Shown here one piece after another: positions 9,983-20,900 of a stretch of 64,000 bases of DNA. The notes under the pieces were generated by a model. That model was not told the origin of the DNA, did not search any database, and saw nothing but the letters and a program-made list of their open reading frames with translations. Made by a program: the position numbers and the translations under genes. The stretch is from NCBI GenBank assembly GCA_963663765.2, contig CAXXUA010000013.1, forward strand, positions 384,001 to 448,000, given 5' to 3'. Origin of the DNA: Candidatus Poribacteria bacterium (GTDB taxonomy: Bacteria; Poribacteria; WGA-4E; WGA-3G). Every line of letters begins with the position of its first letter. The first letter of the stretch is position 1.

Positions 9983-11656
9983 TTGCAAAACGATTCAAGT
10001 TCCCAAGTTTCAATCATTCCATTAGGTGGATTAGGTGAATTCGGACTCAACATGATGGTCTATGAAACCGAAAATGACATCATTGTCATAGATACGGGTT
10101 TTATGTTGCCAAATGCGGATATGCCGGGGGTTGATTTGATATTTCCCGATATTCACTATCTCGTTGACAACAAAGAAAAGGTACGCGGTATCCTTCTCAC
10201 ACATGGTCATGAAGACCATATCGGTGCATTATCTTATGTGTTACAGCAAATTGATGCACCAGTTTACGGAACACAACTGACGCTTTCGATCGCAAGAGGA
10301 AGATTGAAAGAATATGGGGTGTTAGGGAAAGCCGATTTGAATGCTATCAAACCTGGAGATAATGTTGACTTAGGCGACTTTTCTGCTGAGTTCATACATG
10401 TCACACATAGCATACCTGATTCGGTTGCGATTGCATTACGAACTCCAGTCGGTGTTTTTGTTCATACAGGTGATTTTAAATTTGATGCGACTCCTATTGA
10501 TGGTAAATTATCTGATATTCAATCCTTAGCACGGTTGGGGGATGAAGGTGTTCAGCTACTGCTCTCCGATAGTACGAACGCGAATTGGCAAGGACAAACA
10601 CCATCAGAACGTAGCATTTACGACTCTATAGACAGTATCTTTCAGAACACTGAACAAAAACTGTTTCTCTGCACCTTTTCTTCAAGCATACACAGGCTTC
10701 AGCAATTTGTAAATTTAGCTGAAAAACACCGGCGACTTGTTGCCGTAACTGGTCGTTCTCTTACGAATAATGTCCGCATTGCAACCGAACTTGGTCACTT
10801 AAAGATGAATCCGGATTACCTTATTGATGCGCGTGATGTTGCTTCATTCAAACCTCATGAGGTGGTTGTTCTTAGCACTGGTAGCCAAGGTGAGCCTAGA
10901 TCCGCGATGGCGTTGATGGCACTTGATAACCACCCATATCTGGACGTAGAACCAAATGATACTGTTGTAATTTCTGCTCGAATTATCCCAGGAAACGAAA
11001 AATCCGTAGGAAATGTAATAAATCATCTGTTAAGACGTGGTGCGAATATTTATCATGAACGCAATGCAAATGTGCATGTGTCCGGACACGGTTCAAGTGA
11101 AGACCTGAAACTGATGATAAATCTCTTACAACCAAAGTTTTTCATACCAATACACGGAGAATATCAGAACCTTGTTCGACATGCTGAACTTGCTGAATCT
11201 GTCGGTATACCAAGAGACAATATTAGAGTAGCTGAAGATGGAGAACTTATTAGTATCACACCTGATTCATGTGAAGTGTTTGAACGAAAGGGACGTTCTG
11301 GTAGAGTTCTTGTTGATGGCAAACCAGAAAATGAACTTGAAGACATTGTTCTGCGAGACAGAATTCAACTCTCACAAGATGGCATGGTCATTCCTATTGT
11401 TGTCCTGCACAGTGATGGCAAGGAGATTGCCACTGAACCTGAGATAATATCTCGTGGTTTTGTCTATATGGATGAATCAGAAGAACTCATTAATGAAGCG
11501 AAAGAAATTACACGGGGTGTCATTGCAAACCTTACTGATGAACAGAAGCAAGAAACGGAAATTGTGCAGGATGAGATCAGAACAGTATTACGTCGTTTCT
11601 TTTCAAAGCAGATGCAGCGAAGTCCTTTAGTGCTTCCTGTAGTGATGCGTGTGTAA
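9983..11656 (+). CDS. rnj: Ribonuclease J
   Basis: PLGGLGEFG, THGHEDHIG, HSIPD, HTGDFK, GSQGEP, HVSGH, PIHGE; TTG start with AGGAG RBS. Confidence 0.95.
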   Translation: MQNDSSSQVSIIPLGGLGEFGLNMMVYETENDIIVIDTGFMLPNADMPGVDLIFPDIHYLVDNKEKVRGILLTHGHEDHIGALSYVLQQIDAPVYGTQLTLSIARGRLKEYGVLGKADLNAIKPGDNVDLGDFSAEFIHVTHSIPDSVAIALRTPVGVFVHTGDFKFDATPIDGKLSDIQSLARLGDEGVQLLLSDSTNANWQGQTPSERSIYDSIDSIFQNTEQKLFLCTFSSSIHRLQQFVNLAEKHRRLVAVTGRSLTNNVRIATELGHLKMNPDYLIDARDVASFKPHEVVVLSTGSQGEPRSAMALMALDNHPYLDVEPNDTVVISARIIPGNEKSVGNVINHLLRRGANIYHERNANVHVSGHGSSEDLKLMINLLQPKFFIPIHGEYQNLVRHAELAESVGIPRDNIRVAEDGELISITPDSCEVFERKGRSGRVLVDGKPENELEDIVLRDRIQLSQDGMVIPIVVLHSDGKEIATEPEIISRGFVYMDESEELINEAKEITRGVIANLTDEQKQETEIVQDEIRTVLRRFFSKQMQRSPLVLPVVMRV

Positions 11657-11669
11657 TAGGATATAAGAA

Positions 11670-12584
11670 CTATAATTCCCACAACATCACAGAATGATCT
11701 TCACTACCACTTGCGAGTGTAGTACCATCGGGTGAGAACGCAATATTCTTAACTGAACCGATATGTCCTTTGAGTTCCTTTTTGACTTCACCTGTAGTTG
11801 CATGGACTAAACGCACAGAACCATCACGACCACCGATTGCAATTGTTCCACCATCAGGAGAATATGCTACACTCCACACATAAAACTTATAATCTGCAAT
11901 AGTAGTTTTTCTGCGTGGGGCAGATGTATCCCATAACCGCACCGTACCGTCAGAACTCCCTGTAACGATGGAGCTGCCGTCGGGTGAATAATCAACTGAA
12001 TTAACAACGTGTGTATGTCCTTTGAGGGATGTCTTAGATTGTCCTGTAGCTGCGTGCCATAAAATCACTAATTCATCCGAACTTGCAGTTGCAATTGTGC
12101 TGCCATCAGGTGAATACGTAATACTTCTGATAGACCCTGAATGACCCTTAAGTGTTGCTTTTGGTTCTTCTTTGGTAGTATTCCAGAGTATTCCTATATT
12201 GTCTGCACCACCACTTGCAAGCGTACTACCGTCAGGTGAATATGCCAATGCCCTCACATAGTCCCTATGCTCTGATAGTGTTGCTTTAGGAAGTCCAGGA
12301 GCACTATCCCATAGCCAAATCTCTTCGTAGCTGCCTGAAGCAACAGTTTTTCCATCAGGTGAAAATGCAACACTCCAAACGTATTCTGTATGTCCAGCAA
12401 GGAGACTTACTTCATCTCCAGTTTCAACGTCATAAATCCATGTTCCGATGTCCCCTGCAACAGCAAGTCGTGATCCATCGGGAGAGAAAGCAACATTACC
12501 AATAATACTACTTTTTCCAAGTCGAAATCTTGCACCTTCAGGTAGTTTTGTTTGTGAAGTGTCCTGGTCTTTATTCGTATTCAT
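11670..12584 (-). CDS. WD40-repeat protein
   Basis: LPEGARFRLGK N-terminal motif, ~7 GH…SPDG…WD repeats; ATG 12584 has an AAAGGA RBS. Confidence 0.9.
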   Translation of the reverse strand: MNTNKDQDTSQTKLPEGARFRLGKSSIIGNVAFSPDGSRLAVAGDIGTWIYDVETGDEVSLLAGHTEYVWSVAFSPDGKTVASGSYEEIWLWDSAPGLPKATLSEHRDYVRALAYSPDGSTLASGGADNIGILWNTTKEEPKATLKGHSGSIRSITYSPDGSTIATASSDELVILWHAATGQSKTSLKGHTHVVNSVDYSPDGSSIVTGSSDGTVRLWDTSAPRRKTTIADYKFYVWSVAYSPDGGTIAIGGRDGSVRLVHATTGEVKKELKGHIGSVKNIAFSPDGTTLASGSEDHSVMLWEL

Positions 12585-12659
12585 TATATATGTTCCTTTG
12601 CAATGTTCTGGATAAAGTATAGCACAGATGTACGAATAAAGCAATTGTTTGGTGCACGG

Positions 12660-14117
12660 GGGTGTGTAAAGTTTTTGTCACAAGAATGTACTGAATACAG
12701 ATCTTGCTTAGTATTAGGTAAAATGGTATCCTTCTATAAAACAGAATTTTTATCAGAGAGGATACCAATGTTTAGTATATCATTAGCAAGTTGTGAAGTC
12801 AAAGAGTTTAGAGAAGATGCAAACCATTTTGTAGAAAAGATCAATAATGTTTTACACACCCTTAGTTCAGACAGTCTTTATGTAGACGCTATGGAGATAT
12901 TAGCCTTTGAGACGATGCGTTCGTTAGGTCAAATGATGTTAGAAATGGTTGTTCTCAAACATTCCGTTGAACAAGTTTCTGGATCTGTTGAATGTCCACA
13001 ATGTCAACAAGCGTGTCGTCCGTATCGTAAAAGAGAACGCCGTATTACGACGCTATGTGGTGTTATTCGTGTTGACCGTTGGGTGTATCGTTGTGCTTCG
13101 GGTCATTATCATTTTCCGTGGGATACGAAAGAAAAGTTGAAAGGTCAATACACACATCGTGTAGCTGAAGTGATGTGTCGTATGTCTGCGCGTCTTGACT
13201 TCAGGGAGGCAGCAGAGGAGTTGTCTCGTCAAGGGATAGAAGTCAGTCATACGACCCTCAATCAAAATGTGCGTGAATGGTCAAAAGCGTTGCGGGATTC
13301 ACAACAAGTGGAAACACAAAAACTTGATGCAAATCAGCGTTGGTATGTGAGTTGTGATGGATGCCACACCAACTCACAAGAGGGGTGGAAAGAAACCAAA
13401 GTTGGTTGTATTTATAGAGATTATCCACAACCTCCAAATAGTTCTGGTGCGACACCGAGTGCGAGAACACCAAGCATTCGTTATGTTGCGGAGCGTGAGA
13501 ATGCTGCTCATTTCGGTAAAGAGTTGTATAAGTTAGCAACGCAGAGCGGCATCTATCAAGAAGATATAGGCACGCAAGAAGTCGTGTTTATCGGCGATGG
13601 TGCTGCGTGGATATGGAACTTAGCGGCTGAATACTTCCCGAATGCTGTAGAGATTGTGGATTACATGCATGCCAAATCTCATCTGTATAATGTTGCGAAA
13701 CACGCCTTCGGTGAGACAGAAACAGAAGACGTAGAAACTTGGGTCGCAGAGACAGAACCCTTTCTTTTTGATGGCAACATTTCAGAAGTAGTCTCACGTA
13801 TCCGTGCTTTAGGCACACAGCACCCAGACGTTTGTGAGATTTTAGTAAGAGAAACTGGTTATTTTGAAAAACACGCGAAACGGATGCAATATAAAACGTT
13901 TAGAGAAAAGGGGTATCAGGTTGGGAGTGGTGTGATTGAGAGTGCGTGTAAACATGTTGTGGGACAAAGGTGTAAACAAGCTTCTATGAGATGGAAAAAA
14001 GAAGGTATCAACTCAGTGCTTGCCTTACGGTGTTTAGACAAAAATGAGGCGTGGGACAGATATTGGAATAAATTTGCACAAGCAGCATGACAATTATAAC
14101 CAAAACTTTACACACCC
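12660..14117 (+). mobile_element. ISKra4-family insertion sequence (complete)
   Basis: TIRs GGGTGTGTAAAGTTTT (from 12660) / AAAACTTTACACACCC (to 14117) flank a DDE transposase; no clear target duplication. Confidence 0.88.
12768..14090 (+). CDS. ISKra4-family (UPF0236) DDE transposase
   Basis: Zn-finger-like CPQC…YRC…H; SCDG, IGDGAAWIW, DYMHA, GSGVIESACK motifs; GAGAGG RBS before ATG 12768. Confidence 0.9.
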   Translation: MFSISLASCEVKEFREDANHFVEKINNVLHTLSSDSLYVDAMEILAFETMRSLGQMMLEMVVLKHSVEQVSGSVECPQCQQACRPYRKRERRITTLCGVIRVDRWVYRCASGHYHFPWDTKEKLKGQYTHRVAEVMCRMSARLDFREAAEELSRQGIEVSHTTLNQNVREWSKALRDSQQVETQKLDANQRWYVSCDGCHTNSQEGWKETKVGCIYRDYPQPPNSSGATPSARTPSIRYVAERENAAHFGKELYKLATQSGIYQEDIGTQEVVFIGDGAAWIWNLAAEYFPNAVEIVDYMHAKSHLYNVAKHAFGETETEDVETWVAETEPFLFDGNISEVVSRIRALGTQHPDVCEILVRETGYFEKHAKRMQYKTFREKGYQVGSGVIESACKHVVGQRCKQASMRWKKEGINSVLALRCLDKNEAWDRYWNKFAQAA

Positions 14118-14124
14118 CATAGGT

Positions 14125-14474
14125 GGGTGTGTAAAGTTTTTGCACAGAGGTACAAACTTTTGTTCTCTTAAGTCCCGTAGGGACGCAATGTTTATAGATA
14201 GGTGTAATCACCCTCTCTTGAGTTCCGTAGGAACGACATAGAAGAATAAACATATCGTCCCTACGGGACTGAAGAACTGGGAAGGGTACTTGTTTTCTAT
14301 AAACATATCGTCCCTACGGGACTGAAGAGTATGGTTGATATTAACAATATTTCCTTATATTGACACCTATGGGTCTCTGTGCCCGCAATCTCTCATTTAA
14401 TCAGTTGCGGTGGGGCACAGAGACCCCGCTCTACAATGGAGAATGTGCAGTTTGTGCAAAAACTTTACACACTC
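14125..14474. mobile_element. 350-bp MITE with ISKra4 ends (copy 1)
   Basis: Same TIR as the adjacent IS; near-identical to 50341-50690; CATAGGT repeated on both flanks. Confidence 0.88.
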
Positions 14475-14530
14475 ACATAGGTGGCCAGGGCTATTTAGTT
14501 TTAGGTGCTTCCTACCTCTTGGATTAACTC

Positions 14531-14559
14531 TTGAAAACACATTCCACAATGTGTATAAT
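14531..14559 (+). promoter_or_regulatory. Putative sigma70 promoter for leuC
   Basis: TTGAAA-17 nt-TATAAT with extended -10 TG; the spacer holds an ACACATT…AATGTGT inverted repeat. Confidence 0.65.
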
Positions 14560-14617
14560 TAATATGTGGAATTTATATCTTAATGTAGGACAATCAGAAC
14601 TGAGGAAATAGAAAATT

Positions 14618-16018
14618 ATGCGAAAAACAATGTACGAAAAAATATGGGAAGCGCATCTCGTTCGCGCATCCGAAGACGAGGTGCCGATCCTATATATTGA
14701 CACACACCTTGTTCACGAAGTGACATCCCCACAAGCATTTGAAGGTTTACGACTCAACAACCGAAAGGTACGCCGTCCCGAATTCACTTTTGCTACGATG
14801 GATCATAACGTACCGACAACCGATAGAAGTTTACCGATAAAAGACCTAATAGCAGCGAAACAGATGGAGACGCTTGCACAGAACTGCGCTGAATTTGACA
14901 TTCCTCTGTATGACATCAATAGTCCTGAACAAGGTATTGTGCATGTAATTGGTCCAGAACTGGGTATCACGCAACCCGGAAAGACGATTGTATGTGGGGA
15001 TAGCCACACCTCAACGCACGGTGCACTTGGTGCGCTTGCTTTCGGCATCGGCACAAGTGAAATAGAGCATGTCCTCGCGACGCAGTGCCTATTGCAACAT
15101 AAATCAGAAACCTTTGAGATAAGAGTAGATGGGACACTCCCCTACGGTGTAACTGCAAAGGATATTATCCTCTCTATTATCGGACATATCGGCATAGATG
15201 GTGGCAATGGTGCTGTGGTTGAATATACAGGTTCCACGATCCGCGCACTTAGTATAGAAGAACGGATGACGGTATGTAATATGTCTATAGAAGCGGGTGC
15301 ACGTGCGGGTATGATTGCTCCTGATGACAAAACATACCAATACCTTACAGATAAACAATTTGCACCGAAAGGTGAAGCGTTTGATGATGCAGTTGAACGG
15401 TGGAAGCAACTACCGACTGACGAAGGTGCAACCTATGACCGAACTTTACAACTCAACGCAACGGATATTGCACCGCAGGTAACTTGGGGAACGAATCCCG
15501 GAATGGTTACGGCTGTTACTGGACGTGTACCAAACCCTAATGATATGGGTACAACTGATGATAAACGCGCTGCAGAACATGCGTTAGAATATATGGATCT
15601 AAAACCTGGTACTCCGATGACAGATATTATTGTAGATAGGGTTTTCATCGGTAGTTGCACGAATTCCCGTATAAGCGATTTACGGGCTGCAGCAGAAGTT
15701 ATAAAGGGACGGAAGGTCTCAGAATCTGTCAATGCAATGGTTGTTCCAGGTTCACAAGCAGTCAAACGGCAGGCGGAAGCAGAAGGACTTGATGATATTT
15801 TCCGATCAGCAGGCTTTGATTGGCGAGAAGCGGGTTGTAGTATGTGTCTCGGTATGAATCCCGATATTTTGATGCCAGGACAAAGGTGTGCCAGCACATC
15901 AAATCGGAACTTTGAAGGAAGACAAGGTAAGGGAGGACGCACACACCTTGTTAGTCCACAGATGGCAGCTGCGACGGCAGTAACTGGACACTTTGTTGAT
16001 ATCCGTACGTTCAATTAG
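14618..16018 (+). CDS. leuC: 3-isopropylmalate dehydratase large subunit
   Basis: [53 protein letters not shown]. Confidence 0.98.
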   Translation: MRKTMYEKIWEAHLVRASEDEVPILYIDTHLVHEVTSPQAFEGLRLNNRKVRRPEFTFATMDHNVPTTDRSLPIKDLIAAKQMETLAQNCAEFDIPLYDINSPEQGIVHVIGPELGITQPGKTIVCGDSHTSTHGALGALAFGIGTSEIEHVLATQCLLQHKSETFEIRVDGTLPYGVTAKDIILSIIGHIGIDGGNGAVVEYTGSTIRALSIEERMTVCNMSIEAGARAGMIAPDDKTYQYLTDKQFAPKGEAFDDAVERWKQLPTDEGATYDRTLQLNATDIAPQVTWGTNPGMVTAVTGRVPNPNDMGTTDDKRAAEHALEYMDLKPGTPMTDIIVDRVFIGSCTNSRISDLRAAAEVIKGRKVSESVNAMVVPGSQAVKRQAEAEGLDDIFRSAGFDWREAGCSMCLGMNPDILMPGQRCASTSNRNFEGRQGKGGRTHLVSPQMAAATAVTGHFVDIRTFN

Positions 16019-16084
16019 ATTTTTTAATTAATTTGTTTATATCAAAAATGGTAACACCTATTCCTAAGAAAAAAGGAGATAACA

Positions 16085-16291
16085 ATGGAATCTACAATTA
16101 TAGAAAAAATTAGGAATCTTCCACCTGATTTACAAATTGAGGTTATTCATTATATAGATTACCTTCATACAAAAAAAAATATAAAACGAAAAAAGACACC
16201 GAGATTGAATTGGTTCGGTGGATTAAATGCGTATCGTGACCAGTACACAGCCCTTGAACTACAGAAAAAAGCATTAGATTGGAGGAATTAG
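16085..16291 (+). CDS. DUF2281-type antitoxin
   Basis: IRNLPPDLQIEVIHYIDYL…WFGGL…ALELQKKALDWR; stop overlaps the start of a PIN gene; GGAG RBS. Confidence 0.75.
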   Translation: MESTIIEKIRNLPPDLQIEVIHYIDYLHTKKNIKRKKTPRLNWFGGLNAYRDQYTALELQKKALDWRN

Positions 16292-16684
16292 TGTACCTTA
16301 TTGATACTAATATATTCCTTGTAGCTTTGTTGGAACAAGATAAAGCAGAAGATGTAAAAATTTTCCTACAAACTATTGATTTGAGAACAATATTCATAAC
16401 GGATTTTTCACTTCATTCTATTGGTATTATACTACATAGATTAAAAAAAAATTGGGTTATTTAGTTCGTTTTTAAAAGATATAATTGTTGATGGAATTGG
16501 TATCCTTTCTTTACCGACAGAAGAACTTAAAACGTTAGAACTGACTGTAGCAAAATATAACTTTGACTTTGATGATGCATATCAATATGCAGCCGCAGTT
16601 AAATATGATATGCAAATCATCAGTTTTGATTCAGATTTTGATCGTACAGAAAAAAGTCGAAAAGAACCAACTGAGGTAATATAA
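16291..16684 (+). pseudogene. VapC/PIN-domain toxin, frameshifted at an A9 tract (16443-16451)
   Basis: GTG start, YLIDTNIFL; removing one A restores a continuous ORF ending …FDFDDAYQYAAAVKYDMQIISFDSDFDRTEKSRKEPTEVI*. Confidence 0.85.
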
Positions 16685-16761
16685 CGTAATATAACAAATT
16701 TATAGATTTATTATGTCTGAATACACCCAATAAAAACCTATATACACAAGGGAAAATAACT

Positions 16762-17349
16762 ATGGAAGCATTCAATGAACACGTTGGACTTGTTGTACCA
16801 CTTGACCGTATTAACGTTGACACTGACCAGATTATACCCAAGCAATTCCTGAAGCGAATTGAACGTACTGGTTTCGGTGAATTTTTATTTTTCGATTGGC
16901 GTTACCTTGAAAATGGTGATCCAAACACAGATTTTGTGTTAAACGATTCACGATATGCAGGTGCAAGTATCCTAATTGCGGGTGCAAACTTCGGTTGTGG
17001 TAGTTCCAGAGAACATGCACCTTGGGCATTGCAACAGTACGGATTCAAGGCGATCCTTGCACCATCATTTGCCGATATCTTCAGGAACAATTGCTATAAG
17101 AACGGTATACTACCTATCTCATTACCTGTAGACGTTATTGCATCGCTTAGTGAGGCAGTCCAGGAGACCGAAGGGTATCGACTTATGGTAGATTTGGAGA
17201 AACAATCTGTCTTTTGTCCTGATGGTACTGCACATACGTTTGAAATAGGAGATTTTGAGAAGCACTGCCTTCTGAACGGACTTGATGAAATCGGTTGGAC
17301 TTTACAGTATGAAGCGGTCATTACGTCGTATGAAAATCAAAATCACTAA
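16762..17349 (+). CDS. leuD: 3-isopropylmalate dehydratase small subunit
   Basis: [34 protein letters not shown]. Confidence 0.97.
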   Translation: MEAFNEHVGLVVPLDRINVDTDQIIPKQFLKRIERTGFGEFLFFDWRYLENGDPNTDFVLNDSRYAGASILIAGANFGCGSSREHAPWALQQYGFKAILAPSFADIFRNNCYKNGILPISLPVDVIASLSEAVQETEGYRLMVDLEKQSVFCPDGTAHTFEIGDFEKHCLLNGLDEIGWTLQYEAVITSYENQNH

Positions 17350-17366
17350 CTTGGATGAAGGTAATA

Positions 17367-17490
17367 ATGGCACAATAAAAAAGATTAAAGTTACCTAAAA
17401 CTATGAGTAATTGAACCGTTAGATAGACTTAACCTTTCTCACGATCAAGAACTTGAACTTAAAATCAAATTACTTCAGCGTATCTCATAA
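17367..17490 (+). pseudogene. Degenerate DUF104/AF2212-like antitoxin remnant
   Basis: RBS and ATG, then KIKVT…VIEPLDRLNLSHDQELELKI broken by stops and frameshifts; 3' end runs into a repeat element. Confidence 0.4.
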
Positions 17491-17574
17491 ATGCAATTTT
17501 GTCCAAATTCATCGGATCGCATGTCTGGTAAATCGGGGTTAGAAACCCCTCCTACCATTTATGAGATAGGTTGT
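17477..17574. repeat. ~97-bp repeat element with TATCTCATAAAT inverted ends and an internal REP half
   Basis: Similar to 25855-25952 over its whole length. Confidence 0.7.
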
Positions 17575-17912
17575 CATAACTTCCACTTCCGATCTTACCA
17601 AAACGGATTACACGGAGTTTGCGAAGTAGACAGATTTCGCTGAGAAGACAGCAGTATTATACCAATTCTAAAAATGGTGTCGCATTACAGGTTTTTATGA
17701 AATGTATCGAATACGACACAAACTAACAGTTGATGCTATAAGAAAAGAGACAATTTCAATTAGAAATGGTATTACATAAGAAAAGCGTTAACTAAGTAGG
17801 ACATCCTTAGACGTGTACTTATCCGTGTCATCCGCTTATTCCGTGATTCTGACAAACCCAACAATTCAAAGAACACCATATATAAAACTTTACACAATCT
17901 GGACTTTCAGAC

Positions 17913-20900
17913 ATGTTTGATTACATAAAATCATATTCTCAAGATCCAAATAGATTTAAGACTCTATCAAGATGTTGTCTTATAATGTTGATTGTATGGT
18001 TTTGTAGTCTAAGCCTTGGCTTATGTTCAGAACCTTGGAAGTGTGGAACACCGTTATTATGTGAGAAACACCCACCTATTCAAGACATCAGTAAGGTGAA
18101 TGCCGCTCCTGCAGCTCCAATGCAACCCGGACAAATAGAAAGGTTTTTTATACACATACCAGAAGAGTCTATCAATGCTACTTGTGTTGCTGTAGGAGTA
18201 CATTGTTATATCTATATAGAAGAAAAATACCAGCAAATGATAACTGAAACACAGGCAAAGTCAATCGCTAATACATTTGATACAAGAATATATCCAGAAG
18301 TTCACCATTGGTTAGGAATGGAAGATCAACCCGGTTTAGATAGAGACAATAGAATTACTATTCTTTTTCACGATGTAGGTATGAATGAATCAGGTCAGGA
18401 CTATGGTGGATATTTCTCTCCTACTGACCAGTATCCCACATTGCCATCAAGCAACCGTCGTAACATGTTATATATGGACATCTTCCAATATAAGGAACGA
18501 TCACAACATACTTTCTATAGTAGTCTTGCGCATGAATTCGCTCATCTCGTCAACTGGTATCAGAATGGTGGTACAACAGATCAACGTTGGTTAGAGGAAG
18601 GTATTGCATCATTCACTGAATGGGGAATTTATGGTACTGTTCACAATTTGTTTGTTGATGGGTACCTTGCTGACCCAAGTATGTCATTAACTACTGCAAA
18701 TAATAATGAAATCTATTATGGTGCAGCTTATATGTTAATGCTATATTTATATGAAAAGCATGGAGGGATTAATTTCATACGCGACATCGCTGCTGAGAAC
18801 AAACTGGGAATTCCTGCAATTAATGCCACCTTAGGTGAAACCAAAAGTTACATTGATGTCTTCCTAAACTGGGGAATAGCAAATTGGTTCAATAATCAAA
18901 CACGCGGACGGGTCTTTAGTTATCAGAATCTACCAAATCGAAGAATCACAGCACAAACATCACGAATAACAAGATACCCTAAAACTTCAAACGAAATTCC
19001 AGTTGATAGTTGGGGTATAAATTATATACTGTTTGATAATCTTCCTGATATTTTTGAACTCACATTAAGTGCTAAAACACCAGAAAAACTACACGCGAAT
19101 ATTGTTTATTTCTCAACAAATACTGACATACCAAAAGTTATTCCGATTCCAACTATATCAAGACAGAATAACACGAATGTGAATTCTGTGAACAAAATAA
19201 CTATCGGTAATGTACATCAAAATGGACAAATTCTATTAGTTGTTACATCAGAATATCCACAACAGTTCCGATATGAAGCAAAACTTGGATCTGGAACTGT
19301 ATGGATTGACATTGCAAGTACGCCAAATACATCGTTGCGTATCATTGATCCCCTTGATAATCATTGGATAAATGATGACATCATTTATCCAATATTCTCA
19401 AATACGCAGCCAATCTATGAAGGTCGTACTGAAGGAAAAACACTAATTACACCAAACGTCTATCCCAAACTTCAACCGAGAAGTCAAATACATCTCTCAA
19501 GTAATTACAAAGATATTATAGTTCGGGAAGAGATCCTTTTCGCTGCAAGTGGATGGGGACTTGAATTATTCTCGCTTAACCCATTGCCAACGCTTATTGG
19601 AGAAATTGGAACACCAGGGACTGCATCGGCAATTACAAAAACTGACAATTATGTTTATATTGCTGATGGTGAATTTGGTGTACATCTGATTGATGTAACT
19701 ACACCCAAGACACCCATGATTGTTAAAACACTTGGTGGTTTTCATGATGCTGTGGATGTTTATTATGCTGATGGAGACCTATATACACTTGATAGAGTCC
19801 GAGGCTTATTGGTATTCAATCATCAGGATAACCTTAATAATGAAAATCCACTACCTCGTCGCTCTTTTCAAATTGCAGGGACACCTTTTAAAGTGTCAAA
19901 AAGTCATGACGGTAAAATCTATGTAAGTGATGATACACATGGTCTATATATCCTTAGATCAGATCCGCTTGGTGGTTATAATGTTATAGACACTATCCCA
20001 TTTTTAGCTCATGACTTTGAAGTATTTGGTCAATATGCACTTGTTGCTTCAAGTAATTTACGCATTTTTGATATTGAACCTCCTGCAACGTCACATCAGA
20101 TTTCCCGTTTAAATACCCCCGGACAGCTGTCAAGTGTAAAGTATTTTCAAGGAATGTTATACCTTACTGACCAACATACCGGTTTGCATATTATCAATCT
20201 TGATAGTGTTCAAAATCCTCGGCTGGTGTCAACTCACCCTACGGTAGGAACTGCTGAAGACGTTGCATTCTTGCATTCATTTTCGCCGGACAAGACCTAT
20301 GCTTATGTCGCAGATGGAAAACATGGAATACAAACCTTGGATGTAACCAGACCTGAAAAACCCATTTGGATAAATCACTACAAAACAACCGGATACACAA
20401 ATGCCATTGATGTAGTGGCTGAAAATGAAAAGATTACAATAGTTATAGCCAATGGACTCGATGGACTAAAGACTGCTGAAATGACGAATCCTTATTCTGG
20501 TAAAATTATTAGAGAAGTCCGTTCAATATCAGGAGAACAAGGTGCATTGAGTGTAAAAATACATCAAAATCATGCTTTCGTTGGCACTGATATTGGAATG
20601 GATGTCGTTAATCTTGATACTGGCGAAGTTATATCACATATCGTCACTGCGAGTCCTGTTTGGGATATTAATATCATAAAAAACCATGCATATCTGTGTG
20701 CAAAATCGCTCTATGTTGTAGACATTTCCTCTCCAGAAAGTAGCATAATTGTATCAAATAGACGGTTGTCAGGTACTGCGTTTAAAATGGTTCATAGTGA
20801 CAGTTTTGCTTATGTTGCATCACTTGATGGTGGGGTTCACATTATGGATATTTCTGCGCCGGCACTTCCTCGTCCAATTTCAAACTATATAACGGTTGGC

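Noticed and set aside
12603-12767. Longer N-terminus of the transposase in the ORF track
   Set aside because: It starts outside the left TIR (12660); ATG 12768 has an RBS
15433-16014. 193-aa antisense ORF in leuC and similar shadow ORFs (e.g. 60474-60914, 62196-62657, 38055-38459)
   Set aside because: Fully opposite well-conserved genes; typical antisense shadows
17600-17860. CACGGA/TCCGTG short repeats (also ~47245-47290 and ~53615-53720) as ncRNA genes
   Set aside because: Degenerate dispersed repeats with no recognisable RNA-family structure
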